In this document: positions 12,259-25,593 of the stretch, piece after piece | How positions within the stretch are numbered: the stretch's first letter is position 1 | How the letters are laid out: the number at the start of each line of letters is the position of its first letter | From: Podarcis cretensis | Lineage: Eukaryota | Assembly: GCA_951804945.1 (NCBI GenBank) | Contig: OX638154.1 | Span: 32,922,001-32,986,000, forward strand | Length of the DNA stretch: 64,000 nt | Reading direction: 5' to 3' | Notes under the pieces: model-generated | What the model was told of the DNA's origin: nothing | Seen by the model: only the letters and a program-made list of their open reading frames with translations | The model's database searches: none | Program-made: the position numbers and the translations under genes

Positions 12259-13011
12259 CTGGGAAAGAAAAACCATGGAATGTAGCACCAAATCCCACAA
12301 TAAGGCATATCTGGATGCCTTCTGAAAATGAACAAGCCCCTTGGTGGGTGAAGTTATCATAATGCCTGCCTTTTTTAATAGTCACAGTCTCCCACTGCAA
12401 AGGTGTCAGGGGGAAAGTAATCTTCCCAGAACTGTAATGTTTGCACAGGATGTCAAAGTTGCTTAAAGATATCCAAGAAAAGTATACATTTATATACATT
12501 TAAAGACAGCATGCAAACTGTCTTCACTGTATAAAGGAGTGAGAGCAAACAGATGTTTCATATTGTGAAGGCTATTCAGATAGTATGAATTGTATCTAAC
12601 AGTCCTCACAAAACAGGCTTGTGCAGTGTAATAGGACATCTTCTCTAACCCTAATCCTAACCACCACTACCCAAAAAAAAATTTGCTCCAGGAAGCTGGA
12701 CGACTGTCTGGAGCAGATGTTGGGAGCATGCAGGGAGAGGAGAAGTGGAAGCCACATTGCATGAGCAGAACTCCATGCACTGTTTGATACAACCCTGTGG
12801 TAGTTGGAGAGCTGCTGGGAAGAGAGGGCTGGTTCCTGGTGTCCTTGGCAAATTCCAGATTCATTATTTGGAAGCTTCAGGAGCTCTACTCTGTAGGAGT
12901 ACAGTTGCAGGGAGAAGCAAGAACAAAATTCTCACTCTAATCAGATGGTCCCTATTAAACCAGACAGCTGGTATACTGCCAACAGCTCCCCACCTTGATC
13001 AGGACTCTCAC

Positions 13012-13110
13012 CTGAGCGCTTTGTGGCCATTGGAGTGACATTTGTCCAGTGCCCAGTGTGGGGATCATATCGCTCCACAGAATTTAAGATGTTCAGACCA
13101 TCATAACCAC
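13012..13110 (-). CDS. KLHL12: KLHL12 coding exon 9 (Kelch)
   Basis: [33 protein letters not shown]; 99 nt. Confidence 0.94.
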
Positions 13111-14063
13111 CTGAAAACAGAGGAACCCATTAAATTACTTGTATTACTTTTACGAGGGGCTATTGCCCCTGCTCGCTTCACTTCACTCACCAAGCCAACC
13201 TCTGCACAAAAAACACCCACATCTCCTTAAGAGCTCACCAAAAGCCTTGGTTGCCACCACTTCTCCTTTGCCTCTCCTGATGTCAAGAGGTGCAAAGGAA
13301 GAGTGCAGGGAGGATCATGAAAGGCTTAGACTTTCTTGTGCTGTTGCCAAACGTTTTAGAATGAAGAGTCAGACTGGCAGGAGGACTGCAGGAAGAGGAA
13401 GGCAGCAGCAAGCCAGCCTAGGGATTGGCGGTGGCAACTGCAGCAGTGGATTATCAGGCCAGCTGTCCACTGCTTCTACCAACTTTCCTTGTTCCCACAC
13501 TCCTCCTGTCAGACTGACTCCTAACTGGCCAGCTGGCAGCAGTAGAAGCAGCAGCAGATCCCCAAGCTGGCTGGCGAAGTAAGGTGGCCAGTAGTGGCTT
13601 GGGCATCTGGATCCTGGAGGCAGAGGCTTCAGGGTTGGTAGACTGAGAAGCCTGTGGAGCTGAGGGCTGCTGCATCTACTGTGCTGAACAACTCAAGCAC
13701 CTACTAAGGATTTCTTTGGGATGGTTTCTTAAATATTAAGTCACCTCTTAAAAACCAAAAGATACAGGACCAATGCAATGCAACAATTTCTGAGCTCTGT
13801 CCTGCAAAATTCATTGCCTTTGCTCTGTTTCTATGTTTATATATGGAGCCTACTGCTTTCAGATATTGGAATTCTGAATTTAAAGGCTTTCCACGGAAGA
13901 AACCTTTCATACTTGATGGGCATTCCAGGGCAAAACAGAACTTACAAATGCTGTGAAATTTGCAATATCACTTCCTAGTTACAGCTTCTTGCATAGTCTT
14001 TTCACCAGACTGCAGCTGAGGCACTACCATATAAAAATTTGTAAATACATGGAGGTTACCTAC

Positions 14064-14222
14064 CAAGACAATAGATAACATTATTAGCAACCACCAGTCC
14101 TGCTCCTTCTCGAGCTGTCTGCATATCTCCCAACATACTCCACTGATCAATGTTGGGATCATATCTTTCCATACTGGTGTGGCGCCGACTTCCATCAAAA
14201 CCTCCAGAAACATAGATCATGT
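14064..14222 (-). CDS. KLHL12: KLHL12 coding exon 8 (Kelch)
   Basis: [53 protein letters not shown]; 159 nt. Confidence 0.94.
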
Positions 14223-14401
14223 CTGTAACACAACAGTTAACTGAATTAAAGAAATCACAGTATTTGAAATCAGTATTTTACAAATATGCACTTACGTTGG
14301 TTGAATAAATGAATTAATTTCCCCGCAAAATGAATGTACTTAAGATTGTTTCCAGCAATGATTATCAGTAGTGGAATTAGAATACATTTACCAATACATA
14401 C

Positions 14402-14597
14402 CTCCTAGGGTTGTAGCCCCTGCTAGGCCCCGACGAACGTTCATGGGAGCCACAGAGTACCAGATACTGTCTTCATCAGATGTATAATCCAAGCATTCCA
14501 CAGAACTGAGGCGAGAACGGCCATCATAACCACCTATTACATATATCCGATCATGCAAGGAAACTGTGGCAACATAGCGTCTTTTACGGCTGATACT
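14402..14597 (-). CDS. KLHL12: KLHL12 coding exon 7 (Kelch)
   Basis: [38 protein letters not shown]...[11 protein letters not shown]; 196 nt. Confidence 0.94.
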
Positions 14598-15991
14598 CTA
14601 TGCATAAAGAAAAAAATGGAAGCAATTTTTTTGGGTATCTTTAGGTATGATGGGCACCTGCAATTTCCTAGTGATGCCATACAGAGATAGTGCGATCAAT
14701 ACAGACAATGCTGCACTAATGTGTCAGGGCTTATCATTTCTATATATTCTGTTTATCTACAACAATATGTTCAATATATTCAATTTCACACACTCACATC
14801 TTCAGTACGCAGCACACTTTTGAGGTTCTCTGCATGAGACGAGAAGAGCCTCAATGGAATGCAGTATCAAAAGGTTTTGACATACAGAAAGCAAACAGCT
14901 CACCAGGGGATTTAGAAAACATTAATTTAAATTTCAGATGGCTCTGTGAGTCATCATCCAGAACCTCCCCAATTCTTCATCTCAGACTACTTTACACAAG
15001 AGGCCTTTCTAACATTTATGTACATACAATGCTTTTGTAGGTTCAAATAGTTTAACATGCCTTTTCTGGACAATCCTATAATAGCCCTATGAAGGCAAAA
15101 AAGGGCAGTATTTTATTAAAAGCCTATGTCACTCTTCCTCCCAAAAGAGTTGATGGTGGAAATTATTAGGGGAGTGTTGGTGGGAATGGAAGAGTGGCTT
15201 GCGCAAGATTACCCAGTAAATTCAAGAAAGAGATGAGATTTGAACTGGGGACTTCTGACTTGCAGTTCGTTCTTGGTAATTATTATCCTAGCATGTGTGC
15301 AAGACTATGTTGCCACCCACATGCTTGTTGTGAAGTCACCATCCAGCTCCTGGTCAGAGACACATGTATTATTGCCCACAGATGATGCTGTACAGCAGAG
15401 CTGGCTAACCCTTTTTTCAGCCAGATGTTAGCCAGCTCCATGCTACTGAGACACACATGTGAGATACACACATTGCAGAGAGTTAAACACCTCTCAGCCC
15501 AGTGCTGCAAGGGATGGTTAGATTTTGCCAATGTGTGGTGAGCTACCTGCATTGGTTTGGCAGGCCGAATCCAGCCCACAATTTCACAACAGCGGGACTA
15601 CAGGGCTTATCCATTTTCCTACGTGAAGAAGATGCCTGCATTATAAACATCTTTGTGAAGCCCTCCCTGCAGCAACTCTTCCAACCACAAGCTTTTAAAG
15701 AAGCATTGCCAATTGCAAACGTTATGTCCACCCCACAGAGGAAAAGCAATCTGAGAGGAAAAACAGAGGGCAGGGAGATGGTAAAGCACTCCCAGCTGCT
15801 GCTTCCCTGTTTTAAATTCCCTCATCTCTTTTTTTAAAAAAGGTGTTGAGGCACTGTTACATGCATCAGCTAGTAAGTCCAGTTAGCCCCTTAGTAAGCC
15901 TAATCAGACTGGTCAAACATGTGTTATTAAAGTATATACCTGGTATTTTATTGTTGCAAAAAAAAATGTGATAAAGCAGACAATTACATAC

Positions 15992-16098
15992 TGGTAGGAA
16001 ACTCCACTCCTGTGTCTTCGGGTCATATTTCTCCACCACATCAATAGGTGACTGCTGACTTCCAAAGCCCCCAATTACTAAGAGAACCTCATTGGCAC
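15992..16098 (-). CDS. KLHL12: KLHL12 coding exon 6 (Kelch 1)
   Basis: [36 protein letters not shown]; 107 nt. Confidence 0.94.
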
Positions 16099-18023
16099 CT
16101 GAATAAAAACGTATATACTTTTTATTTCCATTATTGGTGTACTGATCCTCACTTTAACTCTAAGTAGTGGGTCAAGAATAGTAGAACTGAGTGACACACT
16201 AGTTCAGCCTTGAAAATAAAAGCACAAGTGCTACTAGCCTTTGTTTTATTTTTTGATAACTTGCTAAGTGGCCTGCATTTTCATGCCAGCTGTGGAGAAC
16301 AGAAGTCCATCACCCATGGTCAGCATGGAAATGCACGCTACTAAAAAAACTGCAGACTGGTGAAAGGATAGGGTGTTTCATTCTCCCACTGCATTTCTGT
16401 GATGGTTGTGGAGGAAGAGACTTTCCTTCCTCTGTTGCTAGACTGGAAACCAAGTGGGCTGGCTGAGGAGGATGGAGAAATCCGTCTCTCAGTCAGGCCT
16501 TTAATGCATCTACATAGAATTCCTATGGCTGCTAGGTAAGTTGTTAAATATAAGGCTACATACTCTTAAGCCACTCTTGACAGATTGCCTAACCTTTTTA
16601 AACTCTCCAGCAAGAGACACCTGACTATTTTATTAAGCAACTGATTTCATTGCACTTTGTAGTCTTAGTAGTCCCCCCCTCCACTTGCCACCCTTGAATT
16701 ATGCCTAAATCTATACTGCTTCCATTTTAAACACAGGACATAATTTGCAAATCATAAAGCTTAAGCATTTTTTTAAAAAAATATTTCAATAGCATCTAAG
16801 CAAACCTATCTACGAGTTGCTGTATTTCACTGCATTTTGCTTTTTCTTACATAATTGTGAGGAATAGTTAATCCTGTTTTAACAACAGCCTTAAGATTTC
16901 TATTTTGCCCATCAATCTACTAAAGGCTAGATAAATGTGACAATAAGAATCTAGTTTTGGTTTTACGCCAAACTGAACTGTATTAATATCCTATGTCTGT
17001 GAATCCAAGCCAATAACCCTTGCTCTTTTATTTTCAACACCACCACCACAGATGACTCATGCTTAGCTTGTGCCATATAATCTTCATCTCTCTCTCTTGA
17101 CAACCTTACAGCCCATTTTGCAGCTGTGCACTTGGGCTTTGTTTCCCAACCATATTTGCCCTTGGCAAGTCCATTCTATTAATTTCCAGTTAATTGCTCC
17201 AATCCAGAAGATAATAGTGAAGCTTCAAGGATGTTTGTCATACCACATGAGAAGCCTTTTTGCTCACTTTCCAGAACATCCTGAACATTTTGTCTTTAAA
17301 AAAATATGCTTTGACTTTCTCCCAGCATCATCAGTTTGTCATTAACAAATTTATGTTGAATTTTCAGCTTTATACAGAATCTAAGAATAGTAAGTATCTG
17401 TATGCCTGTCATAGGCAAAGGCTTGAGTATCTGAAAATTACCACTGAGCTGTAATATCATCTAATAACTTACTTCCATTTTCTTCTAACAAGCCTTCATT
17501 ACACAATGCTTCAGTTGAGAGTAATATTAAATACCACACTGCAGCAGAAGTATTTTTATATGCTTGCTTATCATATACAGAGATTCTCTTTTGCTTGGAA
17601 CACATGTTAAGAATTATATTTATCATTTATACCAGGTTTGAAAGATGCAATTTATATGGCTGTCTTTCATGATTAACAATAGCTTCCAGGCATGCATGCA
17701 AGCAAGCTAGTATTAACCAATTTCATTCTCTTTTAAGTCACATATGCTATGTGAGCAAGTATGGACAGACAGGCTAGCAAAATTTTCTGAGGCTAGACAG
17801 TTTGCAGAAGTATTTGCAAGGCAGTTAACATCCATCTATACCACACACAGAGACGCACTAATCCAAGTAATTAAAAGACCTAGCTGACAATTATTTGCTT
17901 TCTGAGCATTGTTTATGTTTGTGCAGGACCTGAGGTATGTAAATGAATATGTTGGCTAACTACAGGTAGCTTTCAGCAATTTTACTTCCCCAAAGGTGTG
18001 CTTGGGGCAACAGCTGCTATTCC

Positions 18024-18198
18024 CAGTGCTTTTTTCTGGGGATACGCAAGGATAAACATACCCCTAAACATTTTGTGAATCTTTGTACTTGTGCCCATTT
18101 ACTGTGTTTATTTTCCCCAATTTGAACTATAAAATGGTGATTTTCTTAAGTCAAAATGAGAGTACCCCTAAACATTTTTTTTAAGAAAAAAAGCACTG
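18024..18198. mobile_element. DNA-transposon MITE
   Basis: TIR CAGTGCTTTTTT/AAAAAAGCACTG; imperfect 8-bp TSD. Confidence 0.65.
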
Positions 18199-18781
18199 GT
18201 TATTCTTATAAAGCAGTTATTTAGACAAAGCTGTGAAGGTGCTTCTTTTGTATCATACAGCTGCCATCTGGGTCCTTGTACCCACATGTTTATTAGGTCT
18301 GTGCAAACGAGCAGCATCCCCCCCCACCCTTCCCTATATCTCCGGGGGATGGTCTGAAGGCACAGCTTTATTTACTTTTAAAAATCATATCCTGCCCTTC
18401 CTCCCAAAAGGTCCTGGGCGGCAAACATTTCCATAATAAAAACATTATTAAAGATAAAATAACACATATTTAAAATATTTCAAGAATGGTTAAAAACATC
18501 TAAAAGCAATAAAAGCATAACAAATTAAGAACAGATTACATATCAAAATTATATGTCTGGATAGGCCCACTGAAACAAAAGTTTTCAACAGGCATCTAAA
18601 GGATTACAGTGACAGTACCTGTGTAATGTCAACAGGCAGGGAGTTCCAAAGTTCAGGTACACTAGAGAACAGACTCCTTATAAACTTGAAGCATTGCTTC
18701 ATTCTGAGCCTGCCAATTGGCAGAAGACATTAAACCATACTCTTTCCCAGCTATTTTGATATGCACTTCTCTGATGCTTAC

Positions 18782-18896
18782 CCAAACGTGCTCTGGTTCT
18801 GGGACCTTGCATCTGACTCCGAAGTTCAGGTCTTAGATGAAACTTCTTTGCTTCATCTACAAGGTCTCTGCATTGCAAACTACATCGAATAAAAGG
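18782..18896 (-). CDS. KLHL12: KLHL12 coding exon 5
   Basis: [38 protein letters not shown]; 115 nt. Confidence 0.95.
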
Positions 18897-20171
18897 CTGC
18901 AGAAGACATACAGGCATTATTTTCACTTTATCCAATTCTTTATACACTTTTACAACTCTTCAAAATACCCTATAGCTAGTAGAAGAATGGAAATACTTGC
19001 ACATTATGACCCACTGCAAAAAAACCCTAATATTTAATGAAATTAATCTAAAATTAGTCCAGTTACATTAATTCAAGTACTGCAATATAAAAGATATGGA
19101 AAAATCAAGCTGGTGGAGCATGCAACAGAAATCTTTATTCAAATACAGTTTCCAGGATTAAAACTTAAAACACTGGTTCCAGAAGACCTTTGCATTAACT
19201 TAATTGGTTTGAATGTAAAATTATATACTAAGGATACTGATTTGTGAATTTGATTTTGGCCCATTCTCTCATCCTTTAGCAAAGCCCTGTGCCTTATCCC
19301 ACACAACTCAGGAAGGTCCCCTTTTTGAGGCAATGCAAAGGACTGCCTGGGGTAGGGTAGCAGGTAGCCTTCTGTGAGCTTCCTTCTATTGTCCTAATTT
19401 TCAAGGATACAGCACAGAAATTCTTTCCTCAGTTATTGGAGGGAAGAACCCATTGGCCAAAATTGCAAAAATATTGTTTACCTACTTGCTAATACTAAAA
19501 AGAAGGCCACTCTGAAAGCAGCCTAACTTTTCTATGGCAGCTGCAAATATTTGTCAAAGGAACCTTGACTTGTGTAGTAGATTGCGAATTAGCTGTATTA
19601 CATTTATTAAAACTGATGTTATTTTGTTATATTAAGTCATCTGAATAGCTAAGGCATGTGGCTAAATAACTGAAAATTATGGTGTGGGTTTTTTTTTACA
19701 TGGATGGGGAAATTAAAAATACACAACTAATGATGTACAGACCAGAGTTTTCCCCTTTTTCTGCACAAAGGCTACACCAGAATTGGATTGTCTTTCTCAT
19801 TTCTATATTTAGGCATCACAAAACTCATGGCTACCTCCAGTATTAATACATGTTACTGAAGGAAGGCGGGGAAATGGGGAGCAGTTAGGCTGGGTCATTC
19901 ATTTCACTGCTGAGAGGAATGTTCAGCTGACTTGCTTTAGATAATTTTTCAAGTTCTTACACAGTAAAGTAGATGGGTTTGGGGTTAGGGTTTCTCTTAA
20001 GGAGGAATTGTAGGGGTGCTAATCTTTGTTTTCATATTCTAACATGTATATATGCAAAGGATCAGCAAGAACACATTACAAAGGTACTATTATAAGTGAG
20101 GTTTTCCTAAATACAGCAGTTGTTCTGCAGGACTTATTCCATGAGCTGCTTAATAGGGCAACTGGCCCTAC

Positions 20172-20321
20172 CTCAGTGTCTATGACATCGGTAATGTAGC
20201 GTGGGGTGAGTAGTGGCATGCGCACATACTGCAGAAGCTCTGGCAGGGATGCTTCCCGTTCCTTCTTTGAATGCTTTACCCAATTGATAACAGCCTCAAA
20301 GACAGGCTCTTCAGAATCCAC
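20172..20321 (-). CDS. KLHL12: KLHL12 coding exon 4 (BACK)
   Basis: [17 protein letters not shown]...[19 protein letters not shown]; 150 nt. Confidence 0.95.
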
Positions 20322-22057
20322 CTATAAGAAAAGCCATGGAATTAATCAGTCTTTTGAAAAATAGATGGCTACGACACGGGAGGAGGAATTGCTTTAAGGG
20401 CGGTGCAGCATAGATTGTACTTCTGGTGTGGGGAAGCTGCATTTGCACAGAAAATTATGGTGGTTGGAAAGGAAGATCCACCTTGCAAAGCAAGCACAGG
20501 CAGCTCTCTAGAGGGGGAAATGTGTAACTTTGTCGTGTAACTGTGACAAGCATATACTGTGCAATGTCAATGATGTGATATGCATCCTTTTATTTGTATG
20601 CCGCCTTTCCATAGCTAAAACCATGCTCAAGGTGGCTTACAGCATGAAACAAATTACATAGTTACAAATATAACCATAGCAGTCAAAAACAATAAACACA
20701 TCAAAAAGTACACAACCAAATTGAACAATTTCCACATAAATCACAGCAAGATTTAAAAATAAGGGTAAAAATAATAATCAGTTAACAGCAACAAACACCC
20801 CTGCAACCCTCCCTAAACAATACCCTAACCCAAGACCAGCACACATTCCTCACCATGACCATGCAAATTTTTTTCTTTTAAAAAGCATTTTCTCTGAAGA
20901 AAGTGCAGTCACTTTTATTTTTATTCTTTATTAAATTTCTATACTAAACCTCTGTCTGAGGATCTCATGGCAGTTTACAACATAAAAACACAAAAATCCA
21001 TATCAAAGTAAAAAAACAATAACACACACACCCAACTCAACTTTGGGTTTGCTCTTTTAAGGGTTTTGTTCATAAAGCAAATATCTCCCATAATGTTAAC
21101 CTAGACAAACATATATTTAACAAGATAGGGTTAGCATGAGTGTAGTGCAATGAGAGCTCTTTCCCACTGATAAAAGGGTGATCATATTTACAAGCACAAA
21201 TGTGCTTAAGATCTGGTTGGTGCCTTACAAAATGCTTCAAAATCTTTCAAAGTAACTAACAAGACTGCACTTCTCACTTTAACATTCTTCAACAGCTTCC
21301 ACAAATTTTAAATCATTCATTTACTGCCAATGATTTTGTAGCACAAAATTAAGTATTGATTTATAACTCTTTAAGAGGATGGACCAACTGTTAAAAAAAA
21401 CCCCACACCCTGTGCCTCAAAAGCCCTGTTTGAACATTCAGAATCTTGGTTTAACACACACACACGGTGGGGAAAGGGGCACAAGGGCATGAGCTCTGGT
21501 CACTCCCATGTTCCTCTGAGAGTTCAAGGGCTACTGTTTGCAACAGGAAACCTCCTGTACTTGTGGAGACACCCCCCACATTGTGTCACAGGGAGCATTC
21601 CTGGAGAAGCAAGTAAGGGTTCCTCTTGAGTGCAGAGCTCTTCTCTAGGTCTTCCAGGGACTTTCCTTGTAAATCTGTATTGATTATTCCAGACTTCCAT
21701 CTTGTACATCCTCCTACACCCTGCCCCCCTTTCTGCCATGAATTCTGAATTTTAGCCTTCCATCCATTCTAACCCCTTTTTGTTCACATTCTCTTTTGCC
21801 ATTGCTTCTTTAAACAGATCTTGGTAACTGTAAAGGCTACCAACTTGCTTTTATATTGAAATGAAAACTAGGATTCTCAGAATTCTAGTAAGATCTTACA
21901 AGTGCTCATGGATTGTAAATTGCTAACCTCCAAAGTATGAATTCCATCGGTCAGCTCCACAGTATTTTACTGGTTAATTCCTAGGTTGTGTTTGGTTCCT
22001 GTATCAAATACTAGAACTTAATAGCATTGCTTTGGACAACAAGAAGGAATATTTTAC

Positions 22058-22275
22058 CTGAATCTCATCACATTTTATTAGCTTTTCCACTTCTTCTTGA
22101 TTTAGGAGAATAAATTCTTCATGTTGAACTACATCTGGGAAGTGCTTCTGGCTAAAAACTTCAGCTGCCTGCATTAAGTCAACACAATTGTGTGTTTCAG
22201 CAAAATCTCGAATCCCCAAACAGTTGGAAGGATCCAGCTGGCTTTCCAGGAACTCACAGCAAGCCTGCTTCACTC
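22058..22275 (-). CDS. KLHL12: KLHL12 coding exon 3 (BACK)
   Basis: [31 protein letters not shown]...KLIKCDEIQ; 218 nt. Confidence 0.95.
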
Positions 22276-22612
22276 CTGTGAGAAATGACATGATTTGCAC
22301 TTCAGAGGGCTAAGTCACTGTTCTGAAAAGTGTTTAAGAGGGGGGAAAACTGTGCTTAACAAATCCATCCATTTTCCTAACAAACACCAAATCTGGTAAA
22401 TAAAAAGCCATCTTTTTATCTTAACCAGCCTGTCATTTTCCTTGGTAGTTAATATTGAGGCTCTTTTTGGTGGTAATAAATTCTAAAAATGGTGTGACAT
22501 CAGTAAAATACATTCTTAATTAACTATTGTATTTTATTCATATTACAAAAACAGTATCTACCCTTTCACAAAGACATAAATATTTTACTACCCAGAAAAC
22601 GCTCCCAAACTA

Positions 22613-22838
22613 CAGTGGTACCTTGGGTTAAGTATTTAATTCGTTCCGGAGGTCCGTTTCTAACCTGAAACTGTTCTTAACCTGAAGCACCACTTTAGCT
22701 AATGGGGCCTTCTGCTGCCACCACGCCGCCATCATGCAATTTCTGTTCTCATCCTGAGGAAACGTTCTAAACCCGAGGTACTATTTCTGGGTTAGCGGAG
22801 TCTGTAAGCTGAAGCGTATGTAACCCGAGGTACCACTG
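22613..22838 (-). mobile_element. Tc1/mariner MITE (inverted copy)
   Basis: TA flanks and TIRs; reverse complement of the 4005 copy. Confidence 0.85.
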
Positions 22839-23938
22839 TACTAATCAACAGCAGTTTTACAATTTTATATTTTCATTTGTTCTCACGATTGCATTTCCGC
22901 CAGAACTCAGATAACTGAATGTTCAGTATCTTAGTATATAATAAAATTGTAAGGATGTCATCAAGCTAAAGTCTGTGTGGCCAATGGGCAGCCATGCAAA
23001 ATGTGACATAAAAGGGATTGGGGTTTGGCCATGCTTAAAAGGAGGGTGGTTGGTAAGGAGCAGTGGGGCTGGCGAGAAGTGCTAGCAGGGATGCAGTTCC
23101 TAGTATGCATATACTTTCAAGTTTAACAATCTTCAAATGGGGAGACTCTCTCACTAAAGAGTCCCTGTATGAAAATTTGCAAAAGTATATACCTTTTACT
23201 ATGGTGTAATCTGGGTTTTAATGATTTTATATGTAGTGCTGGTAGTATAATTTTCTGTACATTGCCTCTGAATGCATTATGATTGTCAGTTTATAAATTT
23301 CAGTTTCAATATAAAAAGTGTGGCACTAGAGAACAGTTCCTATTTGCTGTCCAATTACAAAATCAATGCATGAGGCATGAAACCACAGAAATACCACATC
23401 CCCACCAACATCACCTGATGAAGAATGTTTTACTGTGCTTGAATAAGAAGAAGCAGAGATGTTTGTGATCCTTTTATTCATTATGGCAAAATTTCTACTT
23501 TTAAAAAGGAACCCTCCTTGACTTTTATATTGTTCTTGGCTTTCCTTATTAATCAAGCTACACTTCTGGTGAATCCTTGGAAAACCTTCTGCCTGTTGAG
23601 AGCATGGTTCAAAATATTTCTTCAGACCCCAGCCCACTAAAGTATCACCCACTGGTATCTGCAATGTGGCATTTTCAATCATATTACCCGAGTGGTTGAC
23701 ACACTCAATTGAATAGGTTCACTCAAGCTACAATGCTTTTGTTCATGTGGGTTTTTAGACAAGGTTTGGCTCACGTTGTATTAGAAGCTGCTGGTTTTAT
23801 ATTTGTTTATTAGTCTAAATATATTTGTTTTCTTATTGTGTTCACCACTTTGTAAATCTCTTAAAAAATGGGCAATACAGATCAAGGATTCTCAGAAGCT
23901 CTTTGCTCCTGATCTACACTGTATGTTTTTGTCATTAC

Positions 23939-24092
23939 CTTTCAGCTGAAGCAAACAGGCTGCTGGAAGCAACTCCTGAACATTCTCCACTGTCACATGA
24001 ACGGTCTCTGTGTACACGAAGTCCAGCAATATTTCCATAGTTGATGCTGTTAGCCCTTGAATATCCACATAGGGTTTATCCTTCTCTGAAAG
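23939..24092 (-). CDS. KLHL12: KLHL12 coding exon 2 (BTB)
   Basis: [51 protein letters not shown]; 154 nt, AG/GT flanks. Confidence 0.95.
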
Positions 24093-24290
24093 CTGTGAAT
24101 TATAAACAAGGGAAGTAATTTTTTATTCTCTGGGTTTTATAGGGTTCCAAAACATAACCTGGAAAACTACAGTGTGGGCAATGGAGAAGAGATATAAAGC
24201 ATTAATAATCTCACATGAATATTTCAGCAAATGGAACATATAACAAATACCCTACAGACATTTTGGTGCAAGGATAATACTTTGAAAAGT

Positions 24291-24524
24291 TCTAGTTACA
24301 GGTAGGTAGCTGTGTTGGTCCGCTGTAGTCGAAACAAAATAAATAAATAAAAATTCCTTCCAGTAGCACCTTGGAGACCAGCTAAGCTTGTTATTGGTAC
24401 AAGCTTTCGTGTGCATGTATCTGAAGAAGTGTGCATGCACACGAAAGCTCGTACCAATAACAAACTTAGCTGGTCTCCAAGGTGCTACTGGAAGGAATTT
24501 TTATTTATTTATTTTGTTTCGACT
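24291..24524. mobile_element. Palindromic insertion, Penelope-like
   Basis: 91-bp inverted arms at 24327-24417 and 24434-24524; direct repeat ACTTTGAAAAGT at 24279-24290 and 24522-24533. Family assignment is by recognition of the TCTGAAGAAGTGTGCATGCACACGAAAGCTC motif. Confidence 0.7.
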
Positions 24525-25410
24525 TTGAAAAGTGCTATTTTAAATATCAGAGAAACAAAAACTTTAATAACATGCCTTAAATATATTCTGTCAAGGGGCA
24601 GGCAAATTAATTCACCAAAAGTAATTAACATGCACCTCTATATATAAATTACAGCAATGTCCTCATTACACTGAGTTCAGGGTTGAGAGGAGAACATAGT
24701 AATGCCTTTCTATCCTACAAAAATTCTGCATGCTTGTTTACCCATTATGTACTTACATGGGTCACTTGCAACCAAATTAAAAAAGAACCACCAACATTTG
24801 TAAAGCTTCCTTCTTGGTAGACCAGAAGACAAAACATATTTGCCAGCCAGCTTAGTAACAATTTAATAGTGTGGATTTGCAACAGAGATAACATTTTTTT
24901 AAGCCTAGATATCCAAGAAAGCTAAATTGTATATAAAGTTGAAACATTAGGAAGCCTACAATTTAACTTTTCTTATACTGGGATGTTGAGATCTGCTAAC
25001 AACACTGCCACCATATGATTCTTGTGGCAGTGCGGGAGAGGGCCAATTCTGTGGTGGCCCCCAGGCTGTGGAATGCCCCCATCCAAGGTGCAAATGGCCT
25101 TGTCTTAGTATGATTTTTGATGGCAGGTGTCTAGATCTTTAGGGGTACAGGATAAGACCTGATGTTCCCTACTGCAGTGCTGTTGTTGACCTTGATTGCA
25201 ATTTAAGATGGATTTAATTGCTAAGTAAGTGAAAAGCATTACATAGCTTTGTGCATAATGTGCATTAGGGCTGCTTGGTGAAGAGCAAGCTATAAATGCA
25301 TACAGAATTGCAACCTTAATGACATTTTTGCACTTCTAAGTTGTATTACAAGCTACTTTCTTATTTGCATGAATAAAAACAAAAATGTGTGTACTCTGCA
25401 TCTTGCCTAC

Positions 25411-25593
25411 CTCACTGGTGAACATAGCACAGAAGTAGTCACTGCAAGCAGCTAACACAATACGATGGGCTGGAAAGTCTTTCTGCTCCACACGAAGGGT
25501 CACATCACAAAGTGTGTTACTTTTTCGTAGAGAGTTCATTGCATTGAGAATGGACTTGGCATGAGAATTAGTCATTATATCTTTAGGAGCCAT
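25411..25593 (-). CDS. KLHL12: Kelch-like 12, first coding exon (BTB domain start)
   Basis: [61 protein letters not shown]. In-frame TAA three codons upstream fixes the start. Exon acceptor at 25653-25651, donor at 25410. Confidence 0.96.

Noticed and set aside
13139-13700. GC-richer block with 147-aa and 73-aa ORFs in a KLHL12 intron; possible poison exon from an AG at about 13701
   Set aside because: No homology recognised, weak acceptor, no clear donor, and KLHL12 is complete without it.
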